64,000 nucleotides of DNA from positions 10,294,001 through 10,358,000 of the forward strand of contig CM052817.1 of the NCBI GenBank assembly GCA_028534125.1. Direction: 5' to 3'. This DNA is from Lama glama (Eukaryota). The translations under genes and the position numbers were made by a program. The notes beneath the pieces are model-generated. The model did not search any database, had not been told where the DNA came from, and saw only the letters and a program-made list of their open reading frames with translations. Of this stretch, positions 62,107 through 64,000 are shown piece by piece; positions within the stretch are counted from its first letter, which is position 1; every line of letters begins with the position of its first letter.

Positions 62107-62351
62107 TTTTCTTTTTCTTTCTTTCCTTCTTTTTTTAACTGAAGTATAGTCAGTTACAATGTGTCAATTTCTGGTGTACAGCATAATGTCCCAGTCAAAC
62201 ATGTATATACATATATTCGTTTTCATATTCTTTTTCATTAAAGGTTATTACAAGATATTGAATATAGGTCTCTGTACTATACAGAAGGAATTTGTTTCTT
62301 TAATCTATTTTTATATGTAGTGGTTAATATTTGCACATCTCAAGTTCCTAA
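62107..62351 (-). mobile_element. camelid-type LINE-1 3' end
   Basis: T-rich tail, CTGAAGTATAGTCAGTTACAATGTGTCAATTTCTGGTGTACAGCATAATG...GGTTATTACAAGATATTGAATATAG. Confidence 0.88.
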
Positions 62352-62779
62352 GTGCCCTCTTGCCTTGAGCAAAACCACGGGCGAGTCATTAAGACAGGCT
62401 GGATTTGCCTCCATTACACAGGGAGGCTTCCATTGGGCCAAATGAAATAATCCTTGGTCTGCCCACTGTTTGTTGCTGATGTCATTTGTCCTGAATACTT
62501 TCTAATTGGCCAAGTTCAATAGTGCTTGGTGGCTTTTTCAGGTGAGCCAGTAGCGTACTCCTGTAACTGCAGGAGTGATGGTGTTGGAGGCAGGTGTGTA
62601 GCTGGCTTGCACAACCAGGACTCTGGTTCCTTGGGAATTTTGAGGGGCTTTCAAGGTCTCTGATGCTTGATTGTTCCTTTGAGTTAATTTTATATCTTGC
62701 ACTTACCTTAGTCTTATTTAGAATAAAAGTTCAAAGCTATGGGAATAGCAAAAAAAAGAAAAATAGCACAATCTGGGAG

Positions 62780-62982
62780 GTTAGTCACCCCTGGGACTGG
62801 ATGTCAGCTCTCTCACTTATTAGCTGGAGGTCCATGGGCATCTTCCTTAGTGTTTCTTCACTTCAGTTTTCCTACCTGTAAAGTGATGACATTAGCACCT
62901 CCCTCTGCTGAGTGGGTATGAGGATTGTAATCAACATGTGCAAAGTGCCTAGAAGGCAAATTCGCACACTAAGTTGTAGCTG
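62780..62982 (+). mobile_element. MIR SINE
   Basis: CAGCTCTCTCACTTATTAGCTG...CTTCAGTTTTCCTACCTGTAAAGTG...TGAGGATT...GCAAAGTGCCTAGAA. Confidence 0.75.
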
Positions 62983-63682
62983 TATGATTATGCAGAAGTC
63001 TGTTTTGTTACATGGATGGGTAGGTTGGCCTGGGCTCGAGGACTTTCCCAGGAAAAGGGATGTTCAGTGTGAAAACTGGGACGGATTCAGGAAAATGGGG
63101 TTAGTCACCATGTAATGGGGAAACAATTGTGATGAGTTCCATAGGCTTCTGCCTTTGAAATGCTTGTGGTTTAGGGCGGAGATGGCCAGTCTGAGCCCCC
63201 TGCTCTTGCACAGTGGCAGGCATTGCTAACAGTTCACGCCCCTCTTCCCCCGGTGAGCTGGTGAGCCAGTGAGCCGCTCCTCACAAGCTTTCCCAGCACA
63301 AGGTCCCAGGTTGCCACAATCAACAAACTGTGTTTGATCCCTTAGATGGTGCCTAGGTTTTCCAAAATTCCCTCTTCCTACAAAATGTAAATTTCCTTTT
63401 TTTTAATCTCATTTTTGCTACAGCTAGGCCTCAGGAGTTAAATCCATTTCACACTCATTCGTGAATTTTTGCAGATTTCTCTAAGAGCATTAGCACTTTC
63501 ATTAAAACATGACAGAAGAATTTGCAAACCCCAGAAGACTGAATTTAACACTTCTAGCAATTAAGAATAAAAAGAGAATGACTTATTACTGGAAAAGGGC
63601 TCAAGACACAGATAGTCAGCTCTGGAAGAGATACAGACAAAAACTTCCCCCCAAACCTGTTTGCCTAACTCAGAAATAAATA

Positions 63683-63955
63683 CAGTCGTTTCTCCGTATC
63701 CACAGATTCCACACCTGCAAATTCAACTAACAGTGTATGAAAAGCACTTGAAAAATAAATTCCAGAAAGTTCCAAAAAGCAAAACTTGAATTTGTCCACT
63801 GGCAACTATTATTTAAGATAGCATTTACATTGTATAAGGCAGTATAAGGAATCTGGAAATGACTTAAAGTATAAAGGAGGATGTGTGAAGCCTCTATGCA
63901 AATACTATGCCCTTTAGTATAAGGGATGTGAGCATCCCAGGTGTGGGTATGGGAA
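63683..63955 (+). mobile_element. MER2/MER2B-like Tigger (TcMar) MITE; 3' end degenerate or beyond window
   Basis: TA|CAGTCG...CTCCGTATCC...AAAGTTCCAAAAAGCAAAACTTGAATTTG...GGAGGATGTG...TATGCAAATACTATGCC...TATAAGGGA. Confidence 0.85.
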
Positions 63956-64000
63956 GGTTGGGGGGTTGGGGGTGGGAGGGTAAAGGGGGGCACAGTTCTG

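Noticed and set aside
1..64000. ORFs of 60-227 aa in the six-frame track as host genes or a novel operon-like system
   Set aside because: No recognisable domains apart from L1 ORF2. Many overlap MIR, MLT1 or microsatellites, or span N gaps. Their size and density look like chance for mammalian non-coding DNA. Small spliced exons cannot be excluded without RNA data.
1..64000. Identification of the host locus or neighbouring gene
   Set aside because: No exon or landmark recognised; it would need BLAT of the unique blocks (e.g. 36270-36600) against a reference genome.

Overview
Non-coding mammalian nuclear DNA, most likely from a camelid (alpaca, llama or camel). The evidence is three tRNA-derived SINEs of the form GGGGAGGGTATAGCTCA(A)GTGGTAGAGTGCATGCTTAGCATGCA... 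and cetartiodactyl/camelid-type LINE-1 3' ends. I find no convincing host protein-coding exon, RNA gene, CRISPR array or prokaryote-like system. The only recognisable protein-like sequence is decayed LINE-1 ORF2, and the other ORFs in the track are chance or repeat-derived. The window is intergenic or deep-intronic and rich in interspersed repeats: many MIR and L2 fragments, old L1M, young L1 3' ends, MLT1/LTR16/LTR33/LTR41/MER68/MER41-like solo LTRs, and hAT and Tigger MITEs. It has two assembly gaps (26868-26967 and 59649-60148). Several repeat-free islands carry clustered developmental transcription-factor motifs and may be conserved enhancers. The most interesting structures are a SINE fused directly to a 5'-truncated L1, a SINE with a duplicated head and a fold-back insertion, a MER41-like solo LTR with a perfect TSD, an unusually CpG-rich old MLT1, and L1 truncation points clustered around the G-rich 3'UTR tract. 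Repeat family names come from recalled consensus sequences, not a database search. Boundaries are approximate (about +/-20-50 bp) unless a TSD is quoted.
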